Origin: Squalus acanthias | Taxonomy: Eukaryota | Assembly: GCA_030390025.1 (NCBI GenBank) | Contig: CM059432.1 | Coordinates: forward strand, 116,934,001 to 116,998,000 | Direction: 5' to 3' | Length of the DNA stretch: 64,000 bases | Part shown: in pieces, positions 40,165-51,277 of the stretch | Position numbering within the stretch: the stretch's first letter is position 1 | Layout: the number at the start of each line of letters is the position of its first letter | Notes under the pieces: generated by a model | Told to the model about the DNA's origin: nothing | Database searches by the model: none | What the model saw: only the letters and a program-made list of their open reading frames with translations | Made by a program: the position numbers and the translations under genes

Positions 40165-41880
40165 CTACCATCAAGTCATTTACTGTAATGGTCAATGAAG
40201 ATTAAAATAGGGACATCCCAACAATCCTCAGCTGGGATGGGGATATTAGTAGGGACTTTTCGAGATTCCTATTCTTTTTATCCAGAAGAATTACTGTCCA
40301 TACCCCTTGGCCATAAGACAACGCAATATGCTGAAGCCGCAGCTCTATGGTATGCTTTAGAAAAGGCAGACCCTATTAAACCCACATTAATCTGTACAGA
40401 TAGTGACTATTGTAAAAGAGGATATAACCAAGATCTAGTTTTCTGGGAACAAACAAACTTTACCAATCATAAGGTTAAACCCACAAAACATAAGTCATTG
40501 TGGGAAGACATTCTCCGTTCGAGGATGGAGAAATAGAATTGTCAGGTGATTCATGTAGACGGGCATACCACTGGGACAGTACACTCAAAAGGCAACAGTC
40601 TTGCAGATGAACAAGCAAAACGTTCGGTCTGCATGACACCCCCTCAAGAGGGGCCTGCCAATATTAGTGTTATCACTAGGGTAGAACGGGCAGCTAATCA
40701 GGATGAGGAACTGATTCAGCTATTAGACCCAACAAAAGAGAATCCACCAGGATATCCATCAAAGTACTTTTACTTGGAAACCCCTACTGGTATTGTGCTA
40801 GTTAAGTTGCCCAAGGGAAACCGAGAAGTACCCCCGAGACACAAACGAGAACAGCTTGTAAAAGAAGCTCACGAGGGCATAGGTGGTGCCAGAACAACAT
40901 TCTGCAAATTGACTCCCTTATATTGGTGGCCAGGCATGCTTAAGGCCTGTAAAACATACGTGGCAAATTGTGAGCCATGCAATTTAACCAATAAGTCATC
41001 ACTAATTGAGCCGCCACCATTGGCTCCTGTGAAAGCTGATGAACCAATGGGAAAATTCTTTATTGACTTCATTGGACCACTTCCCCTTCTTTGGGATGCA
41101 GACATGTTCTCGTTTGTGTTGATGGATGCACTTCCTTCTGCTGGCTGGTCCCCACAAGAACTGTTTCGGAAAACGCACTCACCAATGCTATTACTGACAT
41201 AATTACTGTAGCTGGTGCACCCAAAATCTTACACTCCGATCAAGGTGGCACCTTTGTCTCCAAGGTCTTCAAAGATTACTGCGAACAAAGGGGGATTGGG
41301 TTAGAGCACAGCACACCACGTCATTCGCAATCAGCGGGGCTGGTGGAACATAAAAACCAGGAAGTAAAAAAGCTATTGGTCAAACTGTTGAGAATCAGGG
41401 GAAATAAGTGAACCACCGTCATACCGGAGGTGCAGCTATCACTTAATAATGTGCCCGCATCTGCATCAGGGACAGTGTCCCCTAAAACCCCATATTATCT
41501 AATGTATGGGGTTGAAATGCATACACCGCTTACCCATGGTTCTTTTATTACCTCTACACTCTCTGATTCCTTGACCCAACAGCAACAGTTAGATTTAAAA
41601 GAAGTAACAGAGGAGATACATCAAATTGATCAGAGGATAAGGGAGACACATATGCAGAAAAATTGACAAACAAAGCATGGCAACCCCTAGCAGGAAAATG
41701 GGTACAGGAAAAGAAGTTCGAGCAAAAACCTGGTTTAAGACCTAAGTGGAAAAATCCTGTTCAAATACGTTCCGTTATTAATGAAAGAACAGTTAAAATA
41801 CATATTAATCTGCCGAATGGCAAGCATATTCTTAAAACTGTCTCCATAGACAATCTAAAAAGATGTCCTGCGGGATACCG
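40165..41880 (+). pseudogene. pol: pol remnant: RNase H + integrase (N-terminal extension, zinc-binding domain, DDE core, C-terminal domain)
   Basis: AGMGI..SIPLGHKTTQYAE..TDSDY..GNSLAD; YWWPGM..CEPC..KFFIDFIGPLP..PKILHSDQG..STPRHSQSAGLVE..LRPKW..TVSIDNLK; several frameshifts and stops. Confidence 0.93.
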
Positions 41881-41882
41881 AA

Positions 41883-42302
41883 ATGGAGGAACAATACAAG
41901 GTGCAGTCATACACGGTCTTCCAAGACCCAGCTTGGAGCACGACACAGGAAATGGATGCGATCGAACTACTGACGATGGTCAGCCAGACAGTGTCGCCGA
42001 CTCCTCCACACGTGCTTGGCAACGCCTCAGGAATTGGATTTGCGAAAAGCCACAACCAAAACAATAAAGACCAACAAGTTACTTCAATGAAGGAGGAAAA
42101 CACTGTGGATGGAGAAGGAATCAACTGAGCTTCTGGCAAGGCCTTTAAGAAAACAAGAATCTGTCCTCGCGCTGGATCAATGGAACAGCGTGTCAAGCTT
42201 CAGCTAGTTCCAAATGACGTCTCCTTGACTCGTATGAATAACTCACCTCTACGGAACGTACATCTGCCAATTGGACATTCTAATTACATGTTGTTTCGCT
42301 AA
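41883..42302 (+). pseudogene. Post-pol reading frame remnant (env N-terminus and/or accessory gene, unassigned)
   Basis: ATG overlapping the pol tail; one frame of ~139 codons with a single internal TGA at 42126. Confidence 0.4.
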
Positions 42303-42504
42303 TTGCATGACAATGTACCTATCATTCTTTTAATTTCTGTTTAATTTAAAATAAGGCAAAACATTGTCCTGGGATGACTTAAATGAATTTTCATGTAGCA
42401 CATGATTGGGCTCTTGTGAATCTCGTGAAATTAATGTACTATTGTAACCTTATTTGAAACATTGACCAAACTCTGCCCTTGATGCTCGAGCTCATTTTTT
42501 GGTC

Positions 42505-42514
42505 AAGATGGGGG
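42505..42514 (+). promoter_or_regulatory. 3' polypurine tract
   Basis: AAGATGGGGG immediately before the TG of the 3' LTR. Confidence 0.75.
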
Positions 42515-42554
42515 TGTGAAGGAATAAACCATATTCAGAAAAATACACTACCTT

Positions 42555-43300
42555 GGCCCAGATATTCCGATCACAGGCCTCCCACGGGCGGAGGACTGCG
42601 ATCTGGAAAAATCTGCGCCCTTACCTGAGGGCTCCCGGGATGCGCACAATTCTGATGCTGGGCCTCTCCAAACTGCCGGTGCGCAGGGCCCACGTATCCC
42701 AGAGGTGCAGGTAGTTTGCAGCATCCCTAGGATCACGTGGGTCATGGGGAGCCAATCACAGAAGAGAATCTCCCTTCATACACTTGACAGGAAGACCTGT
42801 CAAATATATGAATGGAGATCACTCCAACACATAGTAAAACTTTAAATAAATGTTAAAAAAAAAATCACATTTTTAAAATGACTTGAAATTAAAATAAATT
42901 AACTATTTTAAACAAAAATTTAAATTTTTTAAAAAAATAATTAAAGTTTTTTACGGGGCTCAAAATAAACTTACCTTTTTTAAAGTATTTCTAAATGATA
43001 AATCAGTGAAATTTTTTTTTCAACTCTTATCCTGGTAAAAGCAAGTCTTATGCCTGCTTTTACCAGGCGCAAGAATTGTAAGGGTTTTCTGCAGGCGGAG
43101 GGTCTCCAAAAAGCAAAACTATCAGCCCATCAGAGGCCCTTCTCCCGGGCAGCTGGAGGATCTGTCAAGTGCTTTCCTGACAGATCGGAAATGCCGGTTT
43201 CCAGCGCATGCGCAGTGCATGCCTGAAACCGGCATTTCCGATGTCCCTACGGGTGGGTACATAGCGCGTACCCAGAGGTAGGGATCGGAATAGCCGGTCC
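42555..43300. mobile_element. 746-bp Harbinger-type MITE in the 3' LTR
   Basis: TIRs GGCCCAGATATTCCGATC / GATCGGAATAGCCGGTCC; TSD CTT; absent from the 5' LTR. Confidence 0.85.
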
Positions 43301-44076
43301 CTTATGAAAGAATTGTGGCCTTATTAAAACATGACAAACTGGGTTTGGAAATTTAGAAACCTAACTATTAAACAGCTATGAAAGGATTCTGGCTATTGAG
43401 ATAAGACAGTTGTTGACCCTGAATAAATAACCTTATTGAAACAGAAGGTGCATGGCTCCGACAGGCTGACCTTTGGGAACAATAACAATGGTTCACCCTG
43501 GATAAGGTGTTCTAATTTAAACTTCGGAAAGATGGCACATAAGATGAGGAACATCTGCCCTCGTAAAGGTAACACAAAATAAGGAGCACATGCCTTTCAC
43601 ACCGTACTATATGGTGACCCTAGAACACCTGGAGATGAGACAAGATTCTGGCTGATGTAGCAATAAGAATTGCAGAGGTCGGCAGAAAGATGAATAGGGA
43701 TAATTGACTTGGGTCAGCAGAAACTTTAAAGGAAATAACACTGAAAAAGGGTATAAATATTGAAGTTTCAAATGGGATATCAGACTCGCTTCAATCAGGC
43801 AAAGCGATTCTCGGCTACAGAGGTAGCTCTGTAGTCTACCACTCTTTGTACCTCGGGGATCAAAGGTATTTGATATTGATGGATATGCTACATAGAAAAC
43901 GTTAAGAACTGTAATACTGTAGCAAAGTTAAGATTTAATTTTTAGATTCTCTGTTAATAATAAGATAGTATTTTTTCTCTTTTTAGAACTGTTAATGTTG
44001 CGATTGACTGATTCACCAACTGTAAATTGCATGTCGGTTCTTTTAATAAATCTCCATATATTTTTAGAATTGTCTC

Positions 44077-44355
44077 ACATTTAAAGATCGCATGGATGAA
44101 CTGCAGAATTTGTTCATCCCTGTTTGGCATAAAAATGAAACAAAAAAGGTGACTCAACCATGGCTAACAAGGGAAATTAGGGATAGCATAAGATCCAAGG
44201 AGAGGTCATATAAATTGGCCAGAAAAAGCAGCAAACCTGAGGATTGGGAGCAGTTTAGGATTCAGCAAAGGAGGACAAAGGGATTAATGAAGAGGGGGAA
44301 AATAGAGTATGAGAGTAAGCTTCCAGGGAACATAAAAACTGACTGTAAAAGCTTC
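44077..44355 (+). mobile_element. Internal CR1 ORF2 fragment within the 3' LTR
   Basis: Highly similar to 55912-56190; no tail and no TSD. Confidence 0.9.
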
Positions 44356-46797
44356 ACAAACTCGCAAACTCAATCTCTGTACACTCTTCTGGTGAAGAGT
44401 TACAGAATTCTGAGGGAGTTTTCCGGACCCTAACAATATCCGGGACATTACACTCTAGCTAAACTTATTAAAAGCGCTATCTGGAGGACAGTAACATTCT
44501 CGGGTGTTCCTTTCTTTAGGGAGAGATAGCCTGGACCTTTAGACCCAATTAAGCGTCTTTAGGATTCGGCTACCTCAAACCTTAGTTGAAAGTGAATGTC
44601 TGAGAAATACGCCTGATCCGGGGTAGCCCTAAAGGGGCTAGGACTAGTAAATATCCCTTCAATGAGGTGCCTGGAAAAGGTCTGGCACACCAGTCTAGTG
44701 CAGGATGAAAGCATCGTGGCTGCTGCCAGGATAGCGGGCATTGACGGCGAGTATGAGCTGTGTATGGTCACAGACCAACTGCACATTTAAGGAGTGGTAG
44801 CCCTTGCGGTTTCGGAATATCTCTGCATTTTCATGGGGTTCCCCCAATGCCACATACGTGCAGTCAATGGCACACTGCACCATGGGGAAGCCCGCTATCC
44901 GAGCAAAGACACATGCGCGTTCATGCTGTTTGGCCCGGGTCATGGGGAAAGAGATGTATTGGCGTCTCCTTTTATACAGGGCATTTGTCACCTTCCAGTT
45001 ACAACAATCGACAGCGAAATGGGAGATATTAGCGATGTCTCCAGTAGATGCTTAAAAGGTGCTGCTGGCATAAAAATTCAGAGGCACTGTCACCTTCACT
45101 GCCACTGACAGAGACATCCTAGTCCTCAGTTGAGGCTGCAGATCTGGTTGCAGCAGGTGGCAGAGCTCAGTGACCACCTCCTTGCTGAAGCGCAGCCTGC
45201 GCAAACCCTGCTCCTCAACAAATGAATGTAGGAGAATTGTTCCCGGAATACCCTGGGAGGGTAAGGCCTCCTGTGCAGAGGCCTGTTGGCCCTCCTCCCT
45301 CTGGCCATGTTTGCCACTCTCTCTCTGCGTCTCTGATGCCTCCGATTCTGCAGGTGCAGGCGACTCCCCGAATCAGTGCAGCCCCCAAAGTCTCTTCTAA
45401 ATCAATGCAATGAAGGTGAAATCAAAATGAACCTGCAACGTGCTGCTCAGTACCCCAAACTCCTTCACACAGTGTTGAATCTCTCCAGAAGTCTCAGTCT
45501 CTCTCAGAATGCGTGGTGCAAAAATATCACCAACAAAAAAAGGTAGGAAGCGGCCGCCTTTAAATAGCGCTCCCCAGCCCCTTCCCGACTGCAAAGCATT
45601 CCCCTCTACCTGTTGTTGCTAGTGGCAGGCGGAAAGACAGGGGGCACCACTCAATATCCGGTCTGGGGCGCTACTAGGGCGTTGCACACTCGACTGACAT
45701 CACGATCTGCGGGCGCTGGAGATCGTGGCAGTAGTGTTTAGCGCCTCCGCAAAATGTCGTCAATTTCGCGAGCGGCGCAAATATCGCTGCGCCTGGGCGT
45801 TAGTTGCTTTGCGCCCAATGGGAGGCACTAATCAACCAAATTTTTCACCAAAGCCTTTAATGAAGAATGCAATGTTCATTTACAAAAACATAGTTTATAG
45901 AGCAAATGTTGCACACAATGCACCAAACATTGGGGCAGAAATTCAACTCATACCCACCTGTTTGGTCCCTGAAAAACGGGCAGTCAGCAGTTGATAATCA
46001 GAGGGCATCTCAGCTGCCCGTTTGATGCCCAGGGCCTTCCTGCTGCAATATTCAAGTGGGCCGGTAAACGAGTGAACAGCCCGCTTGCCTGAAACAGGAG
46101 TGAAGCTGTTTAAATATGCAAATTGTGGGCCTATGCCAATTGTAAGACCCCAATTGCAAAATTCAGCTATAAATGGGCGGAGCCTGTGCCGCAAAAGCTC
46201 TGCCTAGATCGTGCGTCCTAACCAAAGGTCTTTAAAGGGACCACTGGAGGCTGCTCAAAATTCGAGCCAGGAAATGTTGAGTTTTTTTTGTGTGGGCCCA
46301 GGAGAAGTGCTCCTCCAGGTCCCCCAGAAAAACCCCAGCCTGCTGCTGGCCCCCGTTGAAGGCCCCCCACTCCCCTCAGGATCGTCCCCCCCCCGCCCCA
46401 CCCGTCGCGACCTCCAGGCCTGGCTCAGCGAGGTGCCGGATGATTTCCCACCCTTTCACAACTGGTGAACGCCTGGTTGGTGTCCGCAGCTCACTGGCGG
46501 CATTGAAATGCGGCCCAAACCTGAATTTGGTTCGGGCCTCATGCCGGCACTAATCTGCAGGCGGAGCAGCCGCTCCACCCAATGCCACACTCGTTTTGAG
46601 CGGATGTTCAAATTTCTCAGGCCAATGTTTTTGAAAGACAGAAGAACCCTGCACGTTCCTGTGGCACAGTAAATTATGCTGCTCAGAAATTGTATGCTGT
46701 TTGATTTCAGTGAAGCAGAAAATATTTTGCGTTTTCAATAAAAGAACTGAAGTCATTCTCTCTGTGCAGCACTAATAAACAAGACATAAATATATAA

Positions 46798-46985
46798 GCC
46801 TGGAAATTACTGTTGGCAATACTAGCTGACAAAAACTTGACAGATGTGTATGATATTCCTCTCCCTATTTTAGCAGAGGAATTAATCTATTAAAAATAAA
46901 TGGGTTAACCCATGCGTTAAAATAGTGGAGAGACAAATGCGCTAAGTGTTCATCCATTATTATCACCAATCAGTAATTTCCAGGC
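46798..46985. mobile_element. Small MITE
   Basis: TIRs GCCTGGAAATTACTG / CAGTAATTTCCAGGC. Confidence 0.65.
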
Positions 46986-47424
46986 AATAATAACTGAAAA
47001 AACAGCATTGAGTAGAACCAATTGAAAATCAACTGAATGGCCCTCTTAAATGAATACACAGATTTGATGTTACAGCTGTAAGAGGTCAGAGGCAAAACAG
47101 GAACATTTCTATAAATGGGCAAATGATTATAGACAGCAGGATAAATATTTCATTCCCTAGCTATGGTGGATAGGAGTACTACATCACCAGGATATCACTA
47201 TGCCATGTAAGTGTCAAAGGGTTTATCAACAACATTTATAAATGCATATTACTTCAGTTAGAGATTCAGTACTATTTTATTTAAATGCTCAACTCATGAA
47301 TAAATCTATATATATATAACTGTAATATATTCAAAATCTTACATCTGTGCGCACTTCCAGTCTGCACAACTTGACGGCCTGTTGTCACATTTTAGTTACA
47401 CCTTTTATGTCTACATTATCCTAT

Positions 47425-47848
47425 TATCCTATATTCTCTAGGGTTTAGAAGAATGAGAGGTGATCTCATTGAAACATACAAAATTCTTACAGGGCTTGAC
47501 AGGGTAGATGCAGGGAGGATGTTTCCGCTGGCTGGGGAGTCTAGAACCAGGGGTCACAGTCTCAGAATAAGGGGTCGGCCATTTAGGACTGAGATGAGGA
47601 GAAATTTCTTCACTCAGAGGGTGGTGAATCTTTGGAATTCTCTACCCCAGAGGGCTGTGGAGGCTCAGTCACTGAGTATATTCAAGACAGAGATCGATAG
47701 ATTTTTGAATATTATAGGAATCAGGGGATATGGGGATAGTTCAGGAAAGTGGAGATGAAGTAGAAGATCAGCCATGATCTTATTGAATGGAGGAGCAGGC
47801 TCGAGGGGCCGAATGGCCTACTCCTGCTCCTATTTCTTATGTTCTTAT
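47425..47848 (+). mobile_element. CR1 3' fragment
   Basis: [25 protein letters not shown]...[18 protein letters not shown] tail. Confidence 0.88.
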
Positions 47849-48057
47849 TATAATTTCCTATGTCCACATTTACAATGGATTTGCCTGTGTAAACATGTCA
47901 CACCATAATTGCATAATCTGGCCCTTGGTTAGCTGTGAAACAAATTTCTGATCTTTGCCTTCCAGCTCGGGTGCAATTTGATTTTTATTTATCTTAAGAG
48001 AAGTAGAAGGTAATTGCATCTACCTCCAAATGTTAAGTTCTGTAAAAATAACACATA

Positions 48058-48510
48058 CAAAGAAAGACTTGCATTTATATAACACCTTTCATGACATCCT
48101 AGAGTGCTTTACAGCCAATGAAGTACTTTTGAAGTGTAGTCACTGTTGTAATGTGGGAAACGCGGCAGCCAATTTGCACACAGCAAGCTCCCACAAGCAG
48201 CAATGTGATAATGACCAGATAATCTGTTTTCGTGATGTTGATTGAGGGATAAATATTGACCAGGACACCAGGGATAACTCCCCTGCTCTTCTTTGAAAAA
48301 GTGCCGTGGGATCTTTTAGGTCAACCTGAGAGAGCAGACGGGCCTCGGTTTAACATCCCATCCGAAAGACGGCACCTCCAACAGTGCAGCACTCCCTCAG
48401 CACTGCACTGTCAGTCTAGATTTTTGTGCTCAAGTCTCTGGCGTGGGACTTGAACCCACAACCTTCTGACTCAGAGGCGAGAGTGCTACCAACTGAGCCA
48501 CGGCTGACAC
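48058..48510 (-). mobile_element. Full-length Deu-domain tRNA SINE (SacSINE1-like)
   Basis: Minus-strand A box TGGCTCAGTTGG, B box GGTTCAAGTCC and core GGAGGTGCCGTCTTTCGGATG; tail fragments also at ~19245-19360, 21135-21290 and 58225-58425. Confidence 0.8.
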
Positions 48511-49618
48511 ACCTAACAGATGCAAAATAAATTCTATGTTACTGTTAGTAGACTGCTCCAGCCCATTCTCACAGCGCCTCCTGCCTCCTCTCTGCCTTTA
48601 CTCTGGCTCCTCTCGGACTGCTTGCAGGCTCCTCACTAGTGCCCGGCAGTCATTCAGTATTCTCCCTGTCTTCTCTGTGTGGCCCCTTCTTAAGTGCCAC
48701 TGGTCCTTGCCGCAACTCCATGTCTGATTGCCACCGCCATCAATGCATGCCTGAGTTGCTTTGACTTGGGTTGGTTTCTAGTTTCTCTGTTCATGACTCG
48801 CTTTGCGACACATTATTTGGAAACTTTTTCAGGGCAACAGTAGGCAAGTGGCAAGGTTTCTGCTTCTTGGCTGCCATGGAGGACTGTTCCTGTCGGCCTT
48901 GTTCCCAACTCCCGCTGATTGTTCACTCTGCAGCCACTCCCGCTGGCATTGTTCCCAACCCCTAACGATTGCTGATTCTGCTGCCTATTGTAAAATATTT
49001 TAAATATTGTGATACACATGGTACATGCATATGCCTTTGTAGCTTAGTTGAACGTAAAGAAAGAAATTAGAGGATTGAATTGAAGCTTTTGTGTCCTGGG
49101 AGTAATGGGGGAGGGATCATTAAAGTATTTGATGAACAGTATTTCAATGGTCACCACCTCTCAGAACAATGAGAGAAGATCAATGATTAAGTAAGGAGCG
49201 GTCTGATTAGCTTTAATGGTCCTGAAGTGGTTGATGGTGGGAAATGTTCTTGGCAATTTACTTCTATAATCTCATTCACATCACTCAATATCTACTGAAC
49301 CATGCTGGTGATACTTTTAAAATTGATTTTCCGTGAAGGGTCTGCCAGGCCCGATGGACAATTTTTTTGTCCGCACTTTGGTGGAACCACAGAGAAAGGC
49401 AACACCTATTAGATAATGGTTCTGTAACCTTATGTAGGGGGCGGCTGATTGATACTCTGTTTTCCTAACCCTCTATAGTAGGCTTCACATTAAGTAACTG
49501 TATCTAATGGCAATTTGGCTTGTGATTATTAATAACAGGCAGCTGAGACGAGGACAGGAGCAACAGCTCAGTTCAGCATCCAACAATTCACCCTCCAATC
49601 AATCTTCTACACGTTATA

Positions 49619-51277
49619 TGTAAGGGGTGGTGTTTTTGTGTCAGCTTCACCTCTGACTTCTGAGCGGTTCGAATCGCTCCCACTCCCTTGGTTCTAGACC
49701 TTGGACTTATTTGGGGGTTGTGATACAAAAGGTGCAGCAGACAACTGAGTTTGATGAAAGAACTTCAATCTTTATTAAAAGGTAAGACACAAATAATAAC
49801 ACTCTTATCACTTTAAAGGGGGGGGGGGAACACTTTGGTACAAGCGTGGGAAATGACAGTAGAACAATACTTCGCCCCTCCCAACCCCACTTTACTAGCT
49901 AAGTTAGGTTTTGAAGGACCAGGGATAATGCTCACCAATCCTTTGACAGTTGGGCTAAATCGCGGTTTTGGGGTTCGCTGTTTATGGCGGTTAGTGTCTG
50001 CCGTACCCCATACGCGGTAGAGGACTTCACCTGCATCTCTGGTCAGTCTTCGCGAGTCCGCTGATGCGGTAGGATGTCGTTATGGATTTATCTGGTGAGT
50101 ACCCAATTTCTTTAGTTGAGTAGTAGGGCTTAGAGTTTTTAGGGAAAATCTTACCCAGGGGTAAGTCAGGAGTAGTTTGTAGTGTGGAAACTTTGCGATT
50201 CTTCGGGTTTTCTTCCCTGGAGTTGGTCTTTGTTGGTCGCGGTGGCCTGCGATTACCCGGTCAGTTGGGGGTAATGCGCGGTTGTTGGTTTCGTGAGGCC
50301 TTTGGTGTCCGCGATGGCTTTAGGCCTTGGTTGGTGTGTCGGTTGACCTCGTGGAGCCGTCGGTGACTGGTTGCTGCTTGTTGCTCCGGGTGGCTGTGTT
50401 GGGGCCGTGGTTGGAGGTCCGTCGAGGTGGTGTCTTCGCGATCTGGACTCAGGTGTGTCTGAGTGGTGAGCGATGCCGACTCGCTTCCAGCTCGGGCCTT
50501 CTTCTTCTTGGTCTCTCCTCTTCTCGCTGGCTCTCCTTCCTTCTTCTCTCTGGTGTGTGCTTGGTGGGCCTTCAATTATACAGAAATGAAGTGGCCTTAT
50601 CTACCCGCCAAATCTGTTCAGTTCATTGTTTAGTTTTGGCGGGCTCGTAAATCGGTAACGATTTACTAGCACGTTAACTGGGTTTTAACAGGCCTTCAAT
50701 CTGACCCATTGAATATGGCCTTATCTACCCGCCAAATCTGTTCAGTTCTTTGTTTGAATTTGGCGGGCCTGCTACCAGTAACTGCTCTGTAAGTGTCAAA
50801 TGGGTTTTTGGGATGGTTTGCATCCTGTCGATCTTCTTGGCTGATTGCTGGTGATGGGTTTTGTGTTTTGGGTTCCTAGGCTGCTATAGCCTAGTCGTGG
50901 GTGCTCTGTATTATGCATATTTCTTGATGGGCCTTGTAATCGGTTTGATGGGACCTATTGTTTTGGGTGGGGCTGTCTTCTCCTAGGGTCTATTGTCGAA
51001 ATGTTAATGCGTGCTGGGGCTTTGAGTGAGATCATCCCGGTTCCCCAGACATTGCAATTAACTGCAATACCCAAACTGTTTTTGCAGCGGTTGAGCCCAA
51101 CTTCCTTCATTGCCTTTTCTCCCTTTACAGGCCCTGACATGTTTTTAAAATGCCAAAACTTGGTTTTTGGTCTTAAATTCCTTATGTTAGGCCCAAATGC
51201 ATTTTTATCACTCTGAGGTAGTTCCAAAGTCCTTTTTCCTTAGGTTTTGGGGATCTGTAAAATTTGGAAACCTTACA
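49619..51277 (-). mobile_element. Long solo LTR, family C (~1.66 kb)
   Basis: TGTAAGG...CCTTACA; TSD TATA/CATA; minus-strand AATAAA ~49771; U5 similar to family A. Confidence 0.75.

Larger units (their letters stand above)
38711..44661 (+). mobile_element. Endogenous foamy-like (spumaretrovirus-like) provirus, internally deleted
   Basis: Two homologous LTRs TGTG...TTCA; TSD ATGC/ATGA; Lys PBS; PPT; foamy-type RNase H and integrase. Confidence 0.92.
42515..44661 (+). repeat. 3' LTR carrying two secondary insertions
   Basis: Collinear with the 5' LTR once 42555-43303 and ~44077-44355 are removed. Confidence 0.92.
38597..45385 (-). pseudogene. Harbinger transposase pseudogene split by the ERV (pieces 44666-45385 and 38597-38710)
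   Basis: Closely matches 62554-63392; FPMVQCAIDCTYV, NRKGYHSLNVQ, YPGSSHDAFIL. Confidence 0.88.
37147..45849. mobile_element. Two-gene PIF/Harbinger transposon (internally deleted), disrupted by the foamy-like ERV
   Basis: TIRs GGGGGAGAAATTCGG / CCAAATTTTTCACC; AAA flanks; Myb gene on plus, transposase on minus. Confidence 0.9.

Noticed and set aside
41705..41715. Central PPT (AGGAAAAGAAG) at the position of the foamy cPPT in the integrase C-terminal domain
   Set aside because: Purine-rich but not a copy of the 3' PPT and explainable by QEKK codons.
48440..48510. tRNA gene
   Set aside because: It is the tRNA-derived head of a SINE, continuous with the SINE body.
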